A stretch of DNA of 64,000 nucleotides, from positions 10,584,883 to 10,648,882 of the forward strand of contig CM119269.1 of assembly GCA_051294375.1 (NCBI GenBank), written 5' to 3'. Under the pieces are notes generated by a model, which saw only the letters and a list, made by a program, of their open reading frames with translations, searched no databases and was not told the origin of the DNA. The translations under genes and the position numbers were made by a program. Origin of the DNA: Paraspadella gotoi (lineage: Eukaryota; Animalia; Chaetognatha). Shown piece by piece: positions 13,861-28,544 of this stretch. The stretch's first letter is position 1; each line of letters opens with the position of its first letter.

Positions 13861-15469
13861 ACAAACATTATAGAGCCCTGACCCCCGGCCTTCCCACGTC
13901 CCCAAGGCTCCGATAAAAACATAAACCGCCTTACCAGCTAAGAAAGAAACAAAAACGGTCCTAAGAAAAACAAGGATGGACAAAAAAAGATAGAACGAGA
14001 AGAACGACGGACCTCTTCCAGGCATTAAGGCACACGCCGTAAAATGCTCTCTTCCCCCATTTAACGCGCGCCAGTTCAGATCAAAAAAAAACCCATCCCT
14101 TCCTAGCGTCCTGGGGTGGACCTGTACCGAATTGGTTTGCGACAGCGTAAATCAAGCGGGTAAAATGATAGCTGACCGGAATACACCTACTCACACTGGT
14201 TCTCTGTCCAGTGTGCGTATAAGAAATACGCAGTTGTGTCTCATTGAACTCATGCCTCATGCTCTTAGCATCTACCCTATCTTCTCTTTCTTCTACATAT
14301 CTTTCTTTCTCTCTCTTCTTTTCCTTCCGAAAATTTTCTGTGATAATTTCATCAGCAATCCGAAATTAATTATTTAATTTCCTCTATATCTTGTGCACTC
14401 TAGTCATACTCCCATACCTCCTCTCTCCTCCTCTCTCTCTCTCTCTGTCATACATCAACAGAACCAAATATTACAAATCTCACATAAAATTGCAATATTA
14501 CTTAGAATTTAACAAGAGTTATGTAGAGAAATGATCGAAAAATAATCCCCATCTTTTGTATCGCTCGCTCGTATACGTTCTGTCCTCAAATCCGTGGTCG
14601 TCGTCCCCATCGTTCTGGCCGCTATTTTAAACGGCGTGTTAGTTAACTCAGTTAATGTCGTTTAAATCTTATCCAAACATACCTAATAAACAATTATAAT
14701 CAATTGGTTATACTTTGTAAATGTGTATCTAACTTAGGATCCACTGATATTTGTGAACCTCACTCTATATCTATCTCTATATATATCTCTCTTATCTAAT
14801 CAGTCAATCTGTTGTCTATCGCTCGTCATCGTCGACTCGTATCCGTCCATCTGTCATGCTCGTCGTCTGTCTCTCTTCTCCTTCCTCACTTGTCTCTCCT
14901 CCTATTTTTCTACGGTACACCTGCAATTTTCTCCCTTCTCTTATTTCCTTCGAGCCTTCACTCGACGTAATAGTGCCGCGTACATGCCCAATGGAATACC
15001 CTGACTATTATCCCTCGTCCGTCCTGTCCGTCTCGTCCTGTCTTCCGTCTCCGTGTTCCGTTCGATTCGTGTCGTCTCCGTCCGTTCGCTTCTCTCCGTT
15101 TAGTCCGTCATTCGTTCGGTTCGTGTCGTCCGTGTGTTTCTCTTTCGTTGCTTCTTTCACGTTCACATATTCTCTCAGATATACGGAAATATCACAAACA
15201 AATGTCTTTCTATTCCGCGCAAAGCATGATTTGTAGTCATTTTTAAAAATGGTATTCTCTTGTCTTTCCTTCTTTTTTCGGCCCTTTTCAGGTTGCGTCT
15301 CGACTTTCACGACGTGGTCGCAACACTCAGAACCTCTTTTTTCGCCCGACTACCATAGAAAGGGGATGAAAGATCCTTTCTTCGAATCCGTTCTTCATTC
15401 TCATTCCATCTCTCTCTCTCTCTCTCTCTCTCTGCCTCTGCTCTCTCTCTCTCTCTCTCTCTCTCATCT

Positions 15470-15507
<38 letters not shown>

Positions 15508-18500
15508 CTCCATTCCCTATTATCTTCGTTCCGCTTTCTTTCTCCTCTTTTTCCCTTCTTATATTTTTTTTCTCTTCTTCATTATTCTCCTTCTTTTCTT
15601 TCGTTATTTTTTCATTCCGCGGTTGCAATATAGAATCCTTCGTATTTTAGCTTTTTCCCCTTCTTCTTTCTCCTCTTTCTTTCTTTCTTTTTCATTTTTC
15701 TTCCTTTCCCGTTTTCCAATTTATCGTTTTTAATTTTAAACCTTCTTTTCTTTCCTGCAGACCAGCGCCGTGAAAGCTTTTAACTTGAAGGCAGGAGTCC
15801 CGCAGAAAAACTCCGCAAAAACAAAAGGTGGAGGGATAAAGTCCTTATCCAGATCGTTCTCTTCCCATTTGTGAAATATCACGCTCTTTTGTGCTTTCCT
15901 CTTGCTGTCTTCTTCTCTTTGTTTCTTTCCTGGCCTTTGTTGTTTCTTTCTTTCTTCTTTCTTTCTTCTTTCTTTCTTCTCTTTCTTCTCTTCTCTTCTC
16001 GTGCTCCTTTTCTTCTTCTTTCTTTCATTCTTCTTTCTTTCCATTTTCTTTATCATGTGCCCTAACACAAAGTTCTTCAATTTTTCAATCAGTTCTCTCC
16101 GATCTTCTTAACTCTCTCGTCTCTTCTCTGGTCTCCCTGCTCTCTCTCCATCTTCTCTCTTCTTCTCTCTCTGCCTCTCCTCTCTCTCTCGTCTCTCTCT
16201 CTCATTATAACTCTGTCTCTATCCCGACTCAACCAAGTAATTCAATCTCCCAATCAGCGATCCCCCTCCCATTCCCTTTTTTTTCATCCCACCACCCCAC
16301 CACCCCCACACCCACCCCCGACTTACCACTCATCTCTCCCGATCCTCGAGGATGCGGGCGAAAGTGAGTCCCTCCTCCATCGCCCTCTTCGTCATTCTTA
16401 AAATGCAACATGAGGGGAAAACCCAACAGCTCTCCAGTTGGGATAATACCTGTTTCCATTTATTTTCTTCTCAGCCGTGGGGATTTGGCGCTTACGGCAG
16501 TCGAGAGTAATCGCTTCGGCCGAGATTCAGCGCAAGGAGGAAGTTCACTGCTGACTGTTGTGCGTCGTCGCGTTGTCTGATACGGTCGTTTGGTTACTGT
16601 TTAAATAAAAGTTTGATATGCGTCGGTGAATTCCTTTGCCTTATCTTTTTTCGCGATGTCGCGGCTGCATCGTAATCATTCGTCGATTTATATCCTCGTC
16701 CTTAAAATTACTTTCATTATTTTTATTCATTACTTTATTGTTATTATCTATTATATATTACTTTCTTTTATTATATTATTATTCATTATTATTTATTCAT
16801 TATTATTATTATTTTTTCGTTCAGTCGTCTCATTCGTACGTCGGTCGGCAATCCGTCTTCGTGAGCGCGACGATTTAGAAATAATAATTTATTCATGATG
16901 AAATAGCTCAGTACTTCGAAGACTTCTGTCTTCCTCTTCCTCTTCCTCATGTTTGCACCTTAAAATTCTCAGCTATCATTTGAATCTAATCGAATATAAT
17001 CATAACGCTGAAAATCTATTTAACCGGCAGAGAAAAACATGAGCCCTCAACAACAAGCCTATACTTGCAATGACACTTTGCACAAAAATTAAAATACAAA
17101 TGCTACATTTTAAAAATTCAATCGTTTTCACTCACGCTCTATCAGTCTCTGTCATTCCCTTTCTCTGTCTCTCTGTCTCTCAGTCTCTTTGCCTCTCGCT
17201 CTGCCTCTCGCTCTCCCACTCGCTCTCCCACTCATTCTCTTATCGCAAAGTTGCATCTGTTGTTTTCGTTCAAATTCAGAAAAAAAATGTCTTTCTATCC
17301 GCGCAAAGCAGTGATTTGTAGTCATTTTTAAAAATGTATTCTTTGTTTCTGTTCCTTTGTTCTCTTTTTTTTCGCTTTTCAGTTGCGTTAGACTTAGAGG
17401 TCGCAACACTCAGAACTTTTTTCCGCCCACTACATAGAAAAAGGGGATGAAAAGATCCTTTCTTCGAATCACGTTTTCATTCTCATTCCATCTCTCTCCA
17501 GAGGAGAGAGAGAGAGGAATGGAGAGAGTAGAGAGAGAGAGAGACAGAGAGAGAAGAGAGACAGACGAGAGTAAAGATCTGAAAGAAGCGAATGACTGGT
17601 TTGGAAAAAAAATTTATTCTGGAAAACTTTGGTAGGCACAAAGAAAAGAGAAGAAAAAGAGTAAGAAAAAGAAAGAAAGACAGAAAGACAAGACAGCAAA
17701 AAGAAAGAAGAAAAGATAAGAAAAAAAGGAAAAAGAAAAAAACAATCATAAGAAAGAGACAAAGAAAGAAAGAAAAGGAAAGGAAAAAAAGAAAGAAAGA
17801 AGACAAAAAAAGATCAAAAGAAATTAAAGTGAAGAAAAAAAAGAAAGAAAAGACAGATAAGAAAGGAAAAAACAAAGCAAAAAAAACTAAGAAAGAAAGA
17901 AACAAGAAAAGAATAGACTATGATTTAATGGAAAGACATCGATAAATCGGACTCCTTGGGGTTTATTATCCCCTCCAGCCTTCTTTTTCGCGATGTTTTT
18001 TCTCGGCCACTACCTCCTCAATATTAAAAGCTTCACCTCTTCTGACCGAAAGAAAAAGAGCGGTTTTTTTAAAATCTAAAAACTATTAATTGCAACGGGG
18101 AAAGGGACAAGCAACGACAAAGAGGATTTAAAAAGTGAACAAAGAAGAGAGAAAAGAAAGGCGAAAAAAAACTAAAAAACAAGATTTATATTGCAAACTC
18201 GATAAAAAATACCAAAAAAAAATAGAACGTAAATAATGAAAAAAAATATAAGAGGGAAAAAGAGGCGAGAAAGAACGGAAACGAATAATAGGATGTGAGA
18301 AGAGAGAGAGAAAATGACGACGAGACGAGCACAGAAAAGAAGAGAAGAGAAAGAAAAAAAAAAGGAGAGAGAGAAGAGAAAATANNNNNNNNNNNNNNNN
18401 NNNNNNNNNTATTTTTTTTCATCGAGTTGCAATATAGAATTCCTTGTATTTTTAGCTTTTTTTCCCCTTTTCTTTTCTCCTCTTCTTTCTTTCCTTTTTA

Positions 18501-18725
18501 ATTCTTTCCTTCCCTTTCCCGTTCCAATTTATCGTTTTAATTTTAAACCTCTTTTCTTCGGCAAAAGAGGTGAAAGCTTTTAATTGAAGGAGGAGTGCCC
18601 GAGAAAAAACTCCGAAAAAGAAAGGTGGAGGGATAAAAGTCTTTCCAGATGTCTTTCCATTAAATATAGCTCTTTCTTTTCCTTTGTTTCTTTCTTTCTC
18701 TTTGTTTCTTTCCTGCTTTGTTGTT

Positions 18726-18756
<31 letters not shown>

Positions 18757-19587
18757 NNNNNNNNNNNNNNNNNNNNNNNNNNNNNNNNNNNNNNNNNNNN
18801 NNNNNNNNNNNNNNNNNNNNNNNNNNNNNNNNNNNNNNNNNNNNNNNNNNNNNNNNNNNNNNNNNNNNNNNNNNNNNNNNNNNNNNNNNNNNNNNNNNNN
18901 NNNNNNNNNNNNNNNNNNNNNNNNNNNNNNNNNNNNNNNNNNNNNNNNNNNNNNNNNNNNNNNNNNNNNNNNNNNNNNNNNNNNNNNNNNNNNNNNNNNN
19001 NNNNNNNNNNNNNNNNNNNNNNNNNNNNNNNNNNNNNNNNNNNNNNNNNNNNNNNNNNNNNNNNNNNNNNNNNNNNNNNNNNNNNNNNNNNNCACCATCA
19101 TCTCTCACGATCCTCTCGAGGATGCGGGAAAGTGAGTCCCCTCCCTCATCGCCTCTTGATCATCTTAAAATGCAAATGAGGGGGAAAAACCCCCAAACTC
19201 TCCAGTTGGAATAATACTTTTTCCATTTTTTTTTCTTCACGCGTGGGGACTTTGGCGCTACGGAGTCGAGAGCCAACTCCGCTCGGCGAGATTCAGCGAA
19301 GGAGAAGTTCGACTGCTGACTGTTGTCGTCGTCGTTGTCTNNNNNNNNNNNNNNNNNNNNNNNNNNNNNNNNNNNNNNNNNNNNNNNNNNNNNNNNNNNN
19401 NNNNNNNNNNNNNNNNNNNNNNNNNNNNNNNNNNNNNNNNNNNNNNNNNNNNNNNNNNNNNNNNNNNNNNNNNNNNNNNNNNNNNNNNNNNNNNNNNNNN
19501 NNNNNNNNNNNNNNNNNNNNNNNNNNNNNNNNNNNNNNNNNNNNNNNNNNNNNNNNNNNNNNNNNNNNNNNNNNNNNNNNNNNNNNN

Positions 19588-19622
<35 letters not shown>

Positions 19623-19718
19623 TTTCGTCAGTCGTCTCATTCGTAGTCGTCGGCAATCCGTTCTTCTGTGAGCGCGAGATTTTGTGGAGGTTGTTAACAA
19701 CTTGTTATACTTATATGA

Positions 19719-20097
19719 AATTGGTACAACCAATATAAAAATTATCCATTCATTCAATAAATAAGCTATCTTGCCCCTGACTTTGGACAGGCTTTGGTGG
19801 TTTAAGGCCTATATCACTCTTACAAGATAATGACATAGCTTTCAATCAGGACTCTCTCACAGTCTCATTTATTCACTCCCAGAGTACCTGGCTTCCCTAT
19901 CAATGAAGTGGTATAATATTTCAAAGAATGTTTCAATTGTATGAAAAGACCACTCCCTTAAGTATTAGATGGGGGATTACTTATTGTACTCCGCACTAGC
20001 ATCAAAATACAAGGAGCTGAATTTTATGATGCAGACTTACACGTCACCTATCACTTTTAATCGAACCCAAAATCTTTTAAGTCAGAATCTCGCATTT
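19719..20097 (+). mobile_element. Dispersed repeat family (aaattggtacaaccaatataaaaattatccattcattcaat...)
   Basis: Partial copies at ~9080-9222 (shares tttggacaggctttg and tcagaatctcgcattt), 35236-35265, 38650-38708 and 60103-60124. Confidence 0.55.
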
Positions 20098-22619
20098 GTC
20101 TTCATCATCGTCTTTGTCGTCACACAGGAGTCGTCATAATCGTCATCGTCGTCATCTTAGTCGTCTCCGTCGGCGCCTTTTGGAATACAATTATTCGGTC
20201 GCCATCGTGAGTGCGACTCGCGAATTTGAAAGCCAGAATTTCGGGATTTGATTCGAATTAAATCCGGAATGAAGGCTGAGCGAATCGAAATGGAAAATGG
20301 GCGGGAGAGACTCAAAAGATGGAAATGGAAAATGGCGGAATCAGATTGGATAATGGAAATAGAAATTGCTGACGTAAGATTTAAAAATGGAATGTAAAAA
20401 ATGGCGAAAATAGTAAGAAAAATGGTAATAAAACCCTACGGAGGCTGCGAAGAATTTCAAATGGGAACCAAAAAAGAAATTGGGAGAGATCTTAAAATGG
20501 TAGATGGCATGGGGAAAATGGCGACGGATAAACAATGGTGTCTTTAAGCTAGTATAATCTGAGAAATGGAACGCCAATTCTAAAAAGCTGATATGGAGTA
20601 AACGGGGAGTTGGTGGACGAAAATATCGGGGAGTGACGTGAGCTGGAATCGCGGGTGATATAAGAGGGCGAAGGAAGGGTCTTGTGGGACGAGAGGAACG
20701 AGACGAAGAGACANNNNNNNNNNNNNNNNNNNNNNNNNNNNNNNNNNNNNNNNNNNNNNNNNNNNNNNNNNNNNNNNNNNNNNNNNNNNNNNNNNNNNNN
20801 NNNNNNNNNNNNNNNNNNNNNNNNNNNNNNNNNNNNNNNNNNNNNNNNNNNNNNNNNNNNNNNNNNNNNNNNNNNNNNNNNNNNNNNNNNNNNNNNNNNN
20901 NNNNNNNCCTCTCTATTTTTATCGCTTTTCTCTGTTTTATTCTCTTTCCTTTGAATCTCCATCTGTTCAACAATTTCTAATGACTTTCGGTAAAACTTTT
21001 TTTTTCTATTGACTTTCGTTCTCCAAAAAAAGTACTAATATTTTTAAAGTGATTATTTTTGACAGCTTACACGTTTTCTTCTTTTAGCTGGAAATACATT
21101 AAGCCGAATCTTTTTTTTCTTATTGTTTNNNNNNNNNNNNNNNNNNNNNNNNNNNNNNNNNNNNNNNNNNNNNNNNNNNNNNNNNNNNNNNNNNNNNNNN
21201 NNNNNNNNNNNNNNNNNNNNNNNNNNNNNNNNNNNNNNNNNNNNNNNNNNNNNNNNNNNNNNNNNNNNNNNNNNNNNNNNNNNNNNNNNNNNNNNNNNNN
21301 NNNNNNNNNNNNNNNNNNNNNNNNNNNNNNNNNNNNNNNNNNNNNNNNNNNNNNNNNNNNNNNNNNNNNNNNNNNNNNNNNNNNNNNNNNNNNNNNNNNN
21401 NNNNNNNNNNNNNNNNNNNNNNNNNNNNNNNNNNNNNNNNNNNNNNNNNNNNNNNNNNNNNNNNNNNNNNNNNNNNNNNNNNNNNNNNNNNNNNNNNNNN
21501 NNNNNNNNNNNNNNNNNNNNNNNNNNNNNNNNNNNNNNNNNNNNNNNNNNNNNNNNNNNNNNNNNNNNNNNNNNNNNNNNNNNNNNNNNNNNNNNNNNNN
21601 NNNNNNNNNNNNNNNNNNGCTTTCGAGTTAATAGTTTAAAGCTCACAATTTTTTTCCTCGTTCATCGCCTTTCGAGTCACCGAGCAGAAAATACCCTGAA
21701 GTTGAAGTAATCAAGAATGAATGGTTTTGGAAACATTCATTATTCAACGTCGCCAATGGACAAAGTTATGAACTATGAATCATTCATGGTACAAGAGAGT
21801 AAATACGCGAGAAGAGAATTATCTTCTGCCGGAACGACGAAAAAAGGGGCGAGAGTTCAGACCACTCTCAATATCCATATTTAGATTGAAAAAAAAAANN
21901 NNNNNNNNNNNNNNNNNNNNNNNNNNNNNNNNNNNNNNNNNNNNNNNNNNNNNNNNNNNNNNNNNNNNNNNNNNNNNNNNNNNNNNNNNNNNNNNNNNNN
22001 NNNNNNNNNNNNNNNNNNNNNNNNNNNNNNNNNNNNNNNNNNNNNNNNNNNNNNNNNTCTCTCCAATCTCCCCAGTCGACCTCCCCTTTTTATTGCCCCC
22101 TGGTTGTCCCCGTCCCCGTGGTTATGATCAGATTCTTGGAAAAAGTCTATGATTTTTCGGGAGGCAAGGTCAAGAGTCGACGCAACTTTGATCCTGGTGG
22201 AAGGTGTACGCAGACGCCAGGCGATGGTGGAAGCTAAATAAGGTGGGTAGCACCGGAAATTGAAAATTGGGGGAGGGGTGGAGACAGGTGATCGTGGAGG
22301 AGGTGGAGATTTAATATTTTGTTAAATAAGTGACTTTTTGATTAAGTTTTTTTGCATCGTATTGTAATTTTTTTTAATAGGTTTTACATGATAGAGCGAC
22401 GTGGTAACTAATTTCTCGTAGGAAAATTTTCATCAAACCTCGACGTTCCTGTTTCGTCGATCACAACTGAACCACAGCCTCTTTTGAAACGACCACAAAC
22501 TTATTAACTCTTAAAAATATAATCAGTTTTTTCTTTTCCTTTTATTTTTTAAAGGCGTAAAAATCATCCGACCGTAGTACGACCTTTTTTTGAGAGGGAT
22601 GGGAAACAGGGATTGAGAG

Positions 22620-22740
22620 GCGGGAGAGGGAGAGAGAGAGGAAGCGGAAGGAGAGGGAGAGAGAGTGGAAGCGGAAGGAGAGGGAGAGAGAGTGGAAGTG
22701 GAAGGAGAGGGAGAGAGAGTGGAAGCGGAAGGAGAAGGAG
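22620..22740. repeat. 27-bp tandem repeat, ~4 copies
   Basis: gaagcggaaggagagggagagagagtg repeated. Confidence 0.85.
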
Positions 22741-24709
22741 AGAGAAAAGAATGAGAAAAGTGGAAAGGAATAAAGAGGATCAAGCGGGGGATGAATGAGG
22801 GAATGAAAAAGGATTTCGTGAGAATCGAAACCATGACGTTGATTCACCTCGAACTTCGAATCTATGACACGTCATGAGATTTAATCAATCGGTCGTCATT
22901 GTACGGAACCATATGTAAAAGTAAGAATGGTGGGATGGAATAAAAATGGTGCAATTTAGCATATATCCCTGGTCGAGCATAACCTGGTTCCGCATGTTCC
23001 GATTCAGCGTGAGCTTTCATTCCCTCGGCCGTCCGGGTTTTCTTTTTACTTCTTTCTTTATTCCTTTTTTGGATTTCATGACTGAGTTGTTTTTTTTTAA
23101 AGAAAACAAAAGAATAGAAAATCGGTTAATTATTGTTTCGTTTGTTTCTATAAAATAAAAAACAATCTACTCCGCTTGGAAAATTCTCGTTTTCACAAAG
23201 CATTTTCGGTTCTAAGGCTTCACGCAGACGGGACCTTTGGATGCCGAGTCTTCCTCTTCCGGCGAAGATGTTATCCCAGGGATTTCCCACGGGAAACCTT
23301 TTTTTTTTCTATAAAAACTTTTCCAATTTCTTCGCATCGAAGAGAAATTTGAAGAAAAAAAATAAAGGGAAATTTAACCGAGGCTCGTAGGAGTTTAATC
23401 GGAGGGAGTGCAGGGGCTGAAGAGGAAGGGGAGGGGACGTGGTGAAGGGGAAAGAGTGAAGGGAGGAAGAAAAGAAAGTGACACTAAAGAAAAACAGAGA
23501 GGGTGGTTTAAGTATAAAAATAAAAAAAGTAAAACTATAAATTAGTAGTAGAAGTGGAGGGAAAAANNNNNNNNNNNNNNNNNNNNNNNNNNNNNNNNNN
23601 NNNNNNNNNNNNNNNNNNNNNNNNNNNNNNNNNNNNNNNNNNNNNNNNNNNNNNNNNNNNNNNNNNNNNNNNNNNNNNNNNNNNNNNNNNNNNNNNNNNN
23701 NNNNNNNNNNNNNNNNNNNNNNNNNNNNNNNNNNNNNNNNNNNNNNNNNNNNNNNNNNNNNNNNNNNNNNNNNNNNNNNNNNNNNNNNNNNNNNNNNNNN
23801 NNNNNNNNNNNNNNNNNNNNNNNNNNNNNNNNNNNNNNNNNNNNNNNNNNNNNNNNNNNNNNNNNNNNNNNNNNNNNNNNNNNNGACGACGACGACGACG
23901 ACGACGACGACGACTGAGACGACGACCGTGATGACGACGACGACGACAGTGATGAGGACGATGCCGACAAAAACGACGAAGACGACGACCAGGACGTTTC
24001 GTTAGGGAATCAAGGATAAAAAAAAACTTTCTCTTCGATTTCTGATATAATATCTTTGGGTCATTTCTCGTCATCATAAACTTACCTTTCCATCCAACCT
24101 CCTTACCTTTCCTTTTCCATCTTACCAACCTCCGCCTTCGTCGCCGCGCTGCCCCAATTCTTTCGGCCCAGCGACCTCGCCTTTTCATACCCAATATGGA
24201 TGACCTTGGCGACCTTTCCCCGATCCCCGGACCCGACCTTCTTTTCGCATTTACTGACCCGACCTCGATTCCTACTTACCCCGGAACCTAAGCGAGGCTC
24301 CGGCTGTGGACTGGTGCATCGTCATGAGCAACGTGTGGACGGGAACGGAAATGTACTTTGTATAGACTAATAAAAGTATTTAAATCATAATAAATAAATT
24401 TGGGTAATTTTATATTTAATTCGTTTAATAAAACTTTTAAACGACTATGTGTTTGTTTTTTGACTATTTGTTTGTTTTGTTTGAACAGATTTGCGTCTCA
24501 CTTTAAAACAGATAGACATGTTCTTTCTCTGCACTCGCCCGACTCCATTTTCCTCCACTCCTCCTTCCTTTCTCAAGATCGCGACGTTTCTGTCATAAAC
24601 CGTTTATTCACCACTGATAACCAGTGATCCTCTCACCCTAACCTCACCTCCACATTCTGACTTTTTTACCTCCTCCCGATTCCCCATTTCTCTCTTACTA
24701 GTTTTCCAT

Positions 24710-24833
<124 letters not shown>

Positions 24834-25015
24834 TTCCCCTTCCGTTCAGCTTTTTCCTTTTTTTTCCACCTCAAGAGGTTGCGTCGTTTCCTTGGATCCC
24901 CATTCTTACCCCATGGGAAGGACCCTTTGAGTTTCTCATATCGCTGACGAAGCTTTCTTTCTTTTCTTCTTTTTTCTTATCTTTTCCTTCATTCTGTCTT
25001 TTTTTTTTCTATATT

Positions 25016-25059
<44 letters not shown>

Positions 25060-26414
25060 TTTTCCTTTCTAATTTCCCAGAAATAAAATTCTGCAATATT
25101 TGAACAAACGTTTCTGCCTTCCGCAATCATCTGAAAAACAAAAGGCAGCGATTTATAATGAAATCCGCTTCAGCGCTAACTGATGTTTACTTCCAGACCT
25201 CAAAGCATGACAGCGGACAAAAGGCAACGATATATAGGTGAGTCGCAAAGCCGAATGGAACTCCGGCCTCTACGAATATTCTTTGTTTCCCTCAGAAACG
25301 AAAAAACGTCAATAAAGTATACTACTGAACTCATAACATTTTGTGTTTAACAATAAATGTAGGAATTTTTATTTATATTCTCTTTTCTACTTCTACCTTT
25401 CCCCTNNNNNNNNNNNNNNNNNNNNNNNNNNNNNNNNNNNNNNNNNNNNNNNNNNNNNNNNNNNNNNNNNNNNNNNNNNNNNNNNNNNNNNNNNNNNNNN
25501 NNNNNNNNNNNNNNNNNNNNNNNNNNNNNNNNNNNNNNNNNNNNNNNNNNNNNNNNNNNNNNNNNNNNNNNNNNNNNNNNNNNNNNNNNNNNNNNNNNNN
25601 NNNNNNNNNNNNNNNNNNNNNNNNNNNNNNNNNNNNNNNNNNNNNNNNNNNNNNNNNNNNNNNNNNNNNNNNNNNNNNNNNNNNNNNNNTTTTTTTTTTT
25701 CAACTCTTCTTCCTGCTTTAAAATTCCTAATAAAAAACAAAATTACTTTTTTTTTTATACGAAAGACCTCGGGCCCTCGAATTCTCATTAAAAATTTAAA
25801 CGATCTTTTTAATAATGCGCGAGGCGAAACGGGGGCCTTCGATGGGCGGATGGAGCGGGGGCGGGATGGTGGAGAGGGAACATCGAACTGCGTTCGGAAA
25901 GCACGAGTAAAGAGAAGAGCAAAACGAAAGTAAAAGGTGCGAAGTTGAAAGTGAATAAGACTTTCCGTTGAACTTCGTAATCAAATCTATAGCTAACTTC
26001 ATTTTTTTCCTCATTTTTCTACTTTGATCCTTTTATCTTTAAAAGAAAAATTTAATATCATTTCTGTCACGGACATTATTTCTATTTTTTTTTTTATACT
26101 TTCATCAACTTTCTACTGGAAGAAAATAGAACAAAAAGGGTTTGTGATAACGCGAAAATTGTTCCCTTGTATTTGCTCTTTCTTTGTTTCCCACGCCGCA
26201 ATCTCTCTCGCTATTGATGTAAGAATCTGCAACCAATAACTACCTAAGTCACCACCCCTTGCCACTCCCAACCACCTCTCCTTCCACCTCCGCGACTTCA
26301 CCCCCTTCTCTTCACAAAAACGACCCCGTCCTTTTCCAAAGTCGCGTCCCCATCGGTTTATCGCCCCGATTTCAATCTCGTCTCCAAACTCGATACGACG
26401 TTAAGCCTCTCTCG

Positions 26415-26450
<36 letters not shown>

Positions 26451-27810
26451 NNNNNNNNNNNNNNNNNNNNNNNNNNNNNNNNNNNNNNNNNNNNNNNNNN
26501 NNNNNNNNNNNNNNNNNNNNNNNNNNNNNNNNNNNNNNNNNNNNNNNNNNNNNNNNNNNNNNNNNNNNNNNNNNNNNNNNNNNNNNNNNNNNNNNNNNNN
26601 NNNNNNNNNNNNNNNTATAAGAGAAAAAAAACCTAAAAAAAGAGTTTTTCATGGTTTGAATAAAAATTATATATATTTATATCAGGAAAGTTTATCCCAG
26701 ACTGTTTGTCCGCTATGATTCATATGAAAGGAAGTTTTTCGAGATTGATGCAGGTATTTTGCGAGGGATTTTTTAAAAGGGTTCTCAAACATCCCTTCAC
26801 CCACAACCCAACATCCCAGTCGCGGCTCTCGTGGGATTTCGTCGCTGCGCCCCCGTGTCCCGAATTCGGAAAACCCATTCATTCGTGAGACGATAATGTT
26901 GTTGTCGTCGTAAAGGTCTGCCCCTTTCGTCTTTGTCGTCGTCATCGACGTCGTCGTCGTCGTCCCCATTGTTGTGAGAGTACTTGATGTTTTCGAAGTT
27001 GTATTCGTTTCGTGTCCTCGCCATCGTTAAGATATACATTAATACAGATTTTTTTATGAGTTTTCCTATGTCGTATTGTAATATTTAATAACGTTGTAAT
27101 ATTTTAACATTGTTATAACATTATCAACGTGCGTTTATTTTTTACTTTAAAGGTTCTTGTATTAACTTCACGCCTCACAAAAGAATCAGCACAATCTAGC
27201 TTCTCACTTCCTCACAACACACCCTCACTAAACCCCTTTTTCAAACCCCCACAAAACTCCTGAGCTCCCACCCGACCCAAAAACGCCGCCACCGCCGCCG
27301 ACGCCGCCGCCGCCGCCGCCGACGCCGCCGCCGCCGCCGCCGACGCCGCCGCCACCGCCGCCGACGCCGGAAGGAGAAGCCAACCAAAACAACTGAGAAG
27401 AGAAAAACAGAAGTTGGGTTCCGTCGATGACCCGGCGGCGCTTTTGTTGTCGTTGTTGTCATGGTCTTCGTCTTCGTCGTCATTTTCTTCAGACGGAGAC
27501 GCAGTGAAATGACGACAGAGGGAGCGTGAGCTGTTTTTTTTTTTTTGTATCCCTAGGCGAAGACTGTCGCTTTTGATTCGATCCTAATTAAATCGTCCGG
27601 GCGGTTAAAAATATTAAAATTATTTTGTAAAGAATTTAAATTCGAAATAATGACTTCAATTCTTTTTATTCTTTCACTCCCTTCCTTTTCCTTTCGTCCT
27701 TTCTTTTCCTTTCCTTTTGTTCGGATTCTCCTTTTTCTCATTTTTGTGAACCGATTTTTCGTTTTTCTGTTGCCTTCGAATGCTAATTTTATTCATATTT
27801 CGCATGGGTG

Positions 27811-27853
<43 letters not shown>

Positions 27854-28041
27854 TTCTCTCTCCTCTCTCTCTCTCTCTCTCTCTGTTTTACAAATACGGT
27901 ACAAATTTCATTTCTTTTACAAACCTAACCATTCTTTTTATTTACTACTTTTTTTCGTCTCAAAAATGCTTTCCTTTGCCCCTTTCACGTTTTCTATCAT
28001 CAGATTTTTCTTTCTTCTCTCTTTCCCCCCATCTCTCTCTC

Positions 28042-28112
<71 letters not shown>

Positions 28113-28544
28113 CTCCTCCGTTCTCCGTCGCCGAACCCTTTTTTTTCAGTCATGGAAGGTTTTGAGGTCAGAGGGTTACGTCGGCCGAGTTTTGATGGAC
28201 GTCGGATCCGAAGAGGGTGTTGGAAGGAGATATCGCAGCGGGAGGTGGGAGGGTGGGGAAGTGAAGGAAAGATGGAGCGGCAGGACAGGCGAGCGAAAGA
28301 GTCCGGAAGGGGTAGGTAATGGGATGGATGGCCTTGGGTCTGGAGAAAAGGACCACGAGTCGAAATCCCGGGACCCTCTCGTAAATGTCTCAGATTTTTT
28401 TTCAATATCGAAAAACCGTGGAGAGGACGACGACGTCGACGGAACTGGAGGAGGAGGAGGAGGAGGAGGAGGAGGAGGTGGAAAGGGTAACATTTTTCAA
28501 GGAGGACGACGACATCGACGACAAAGATGGAGGACGAAGATATA

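Noticed and set aside
14005-14050. miR-124-like string TAAGGCACACGCCGTAAAATGC
   Set aside because: Several indels and mismatches, no good hairpin, located in noisy sequence, and it resembles an unrelated local repeat at ~11352.
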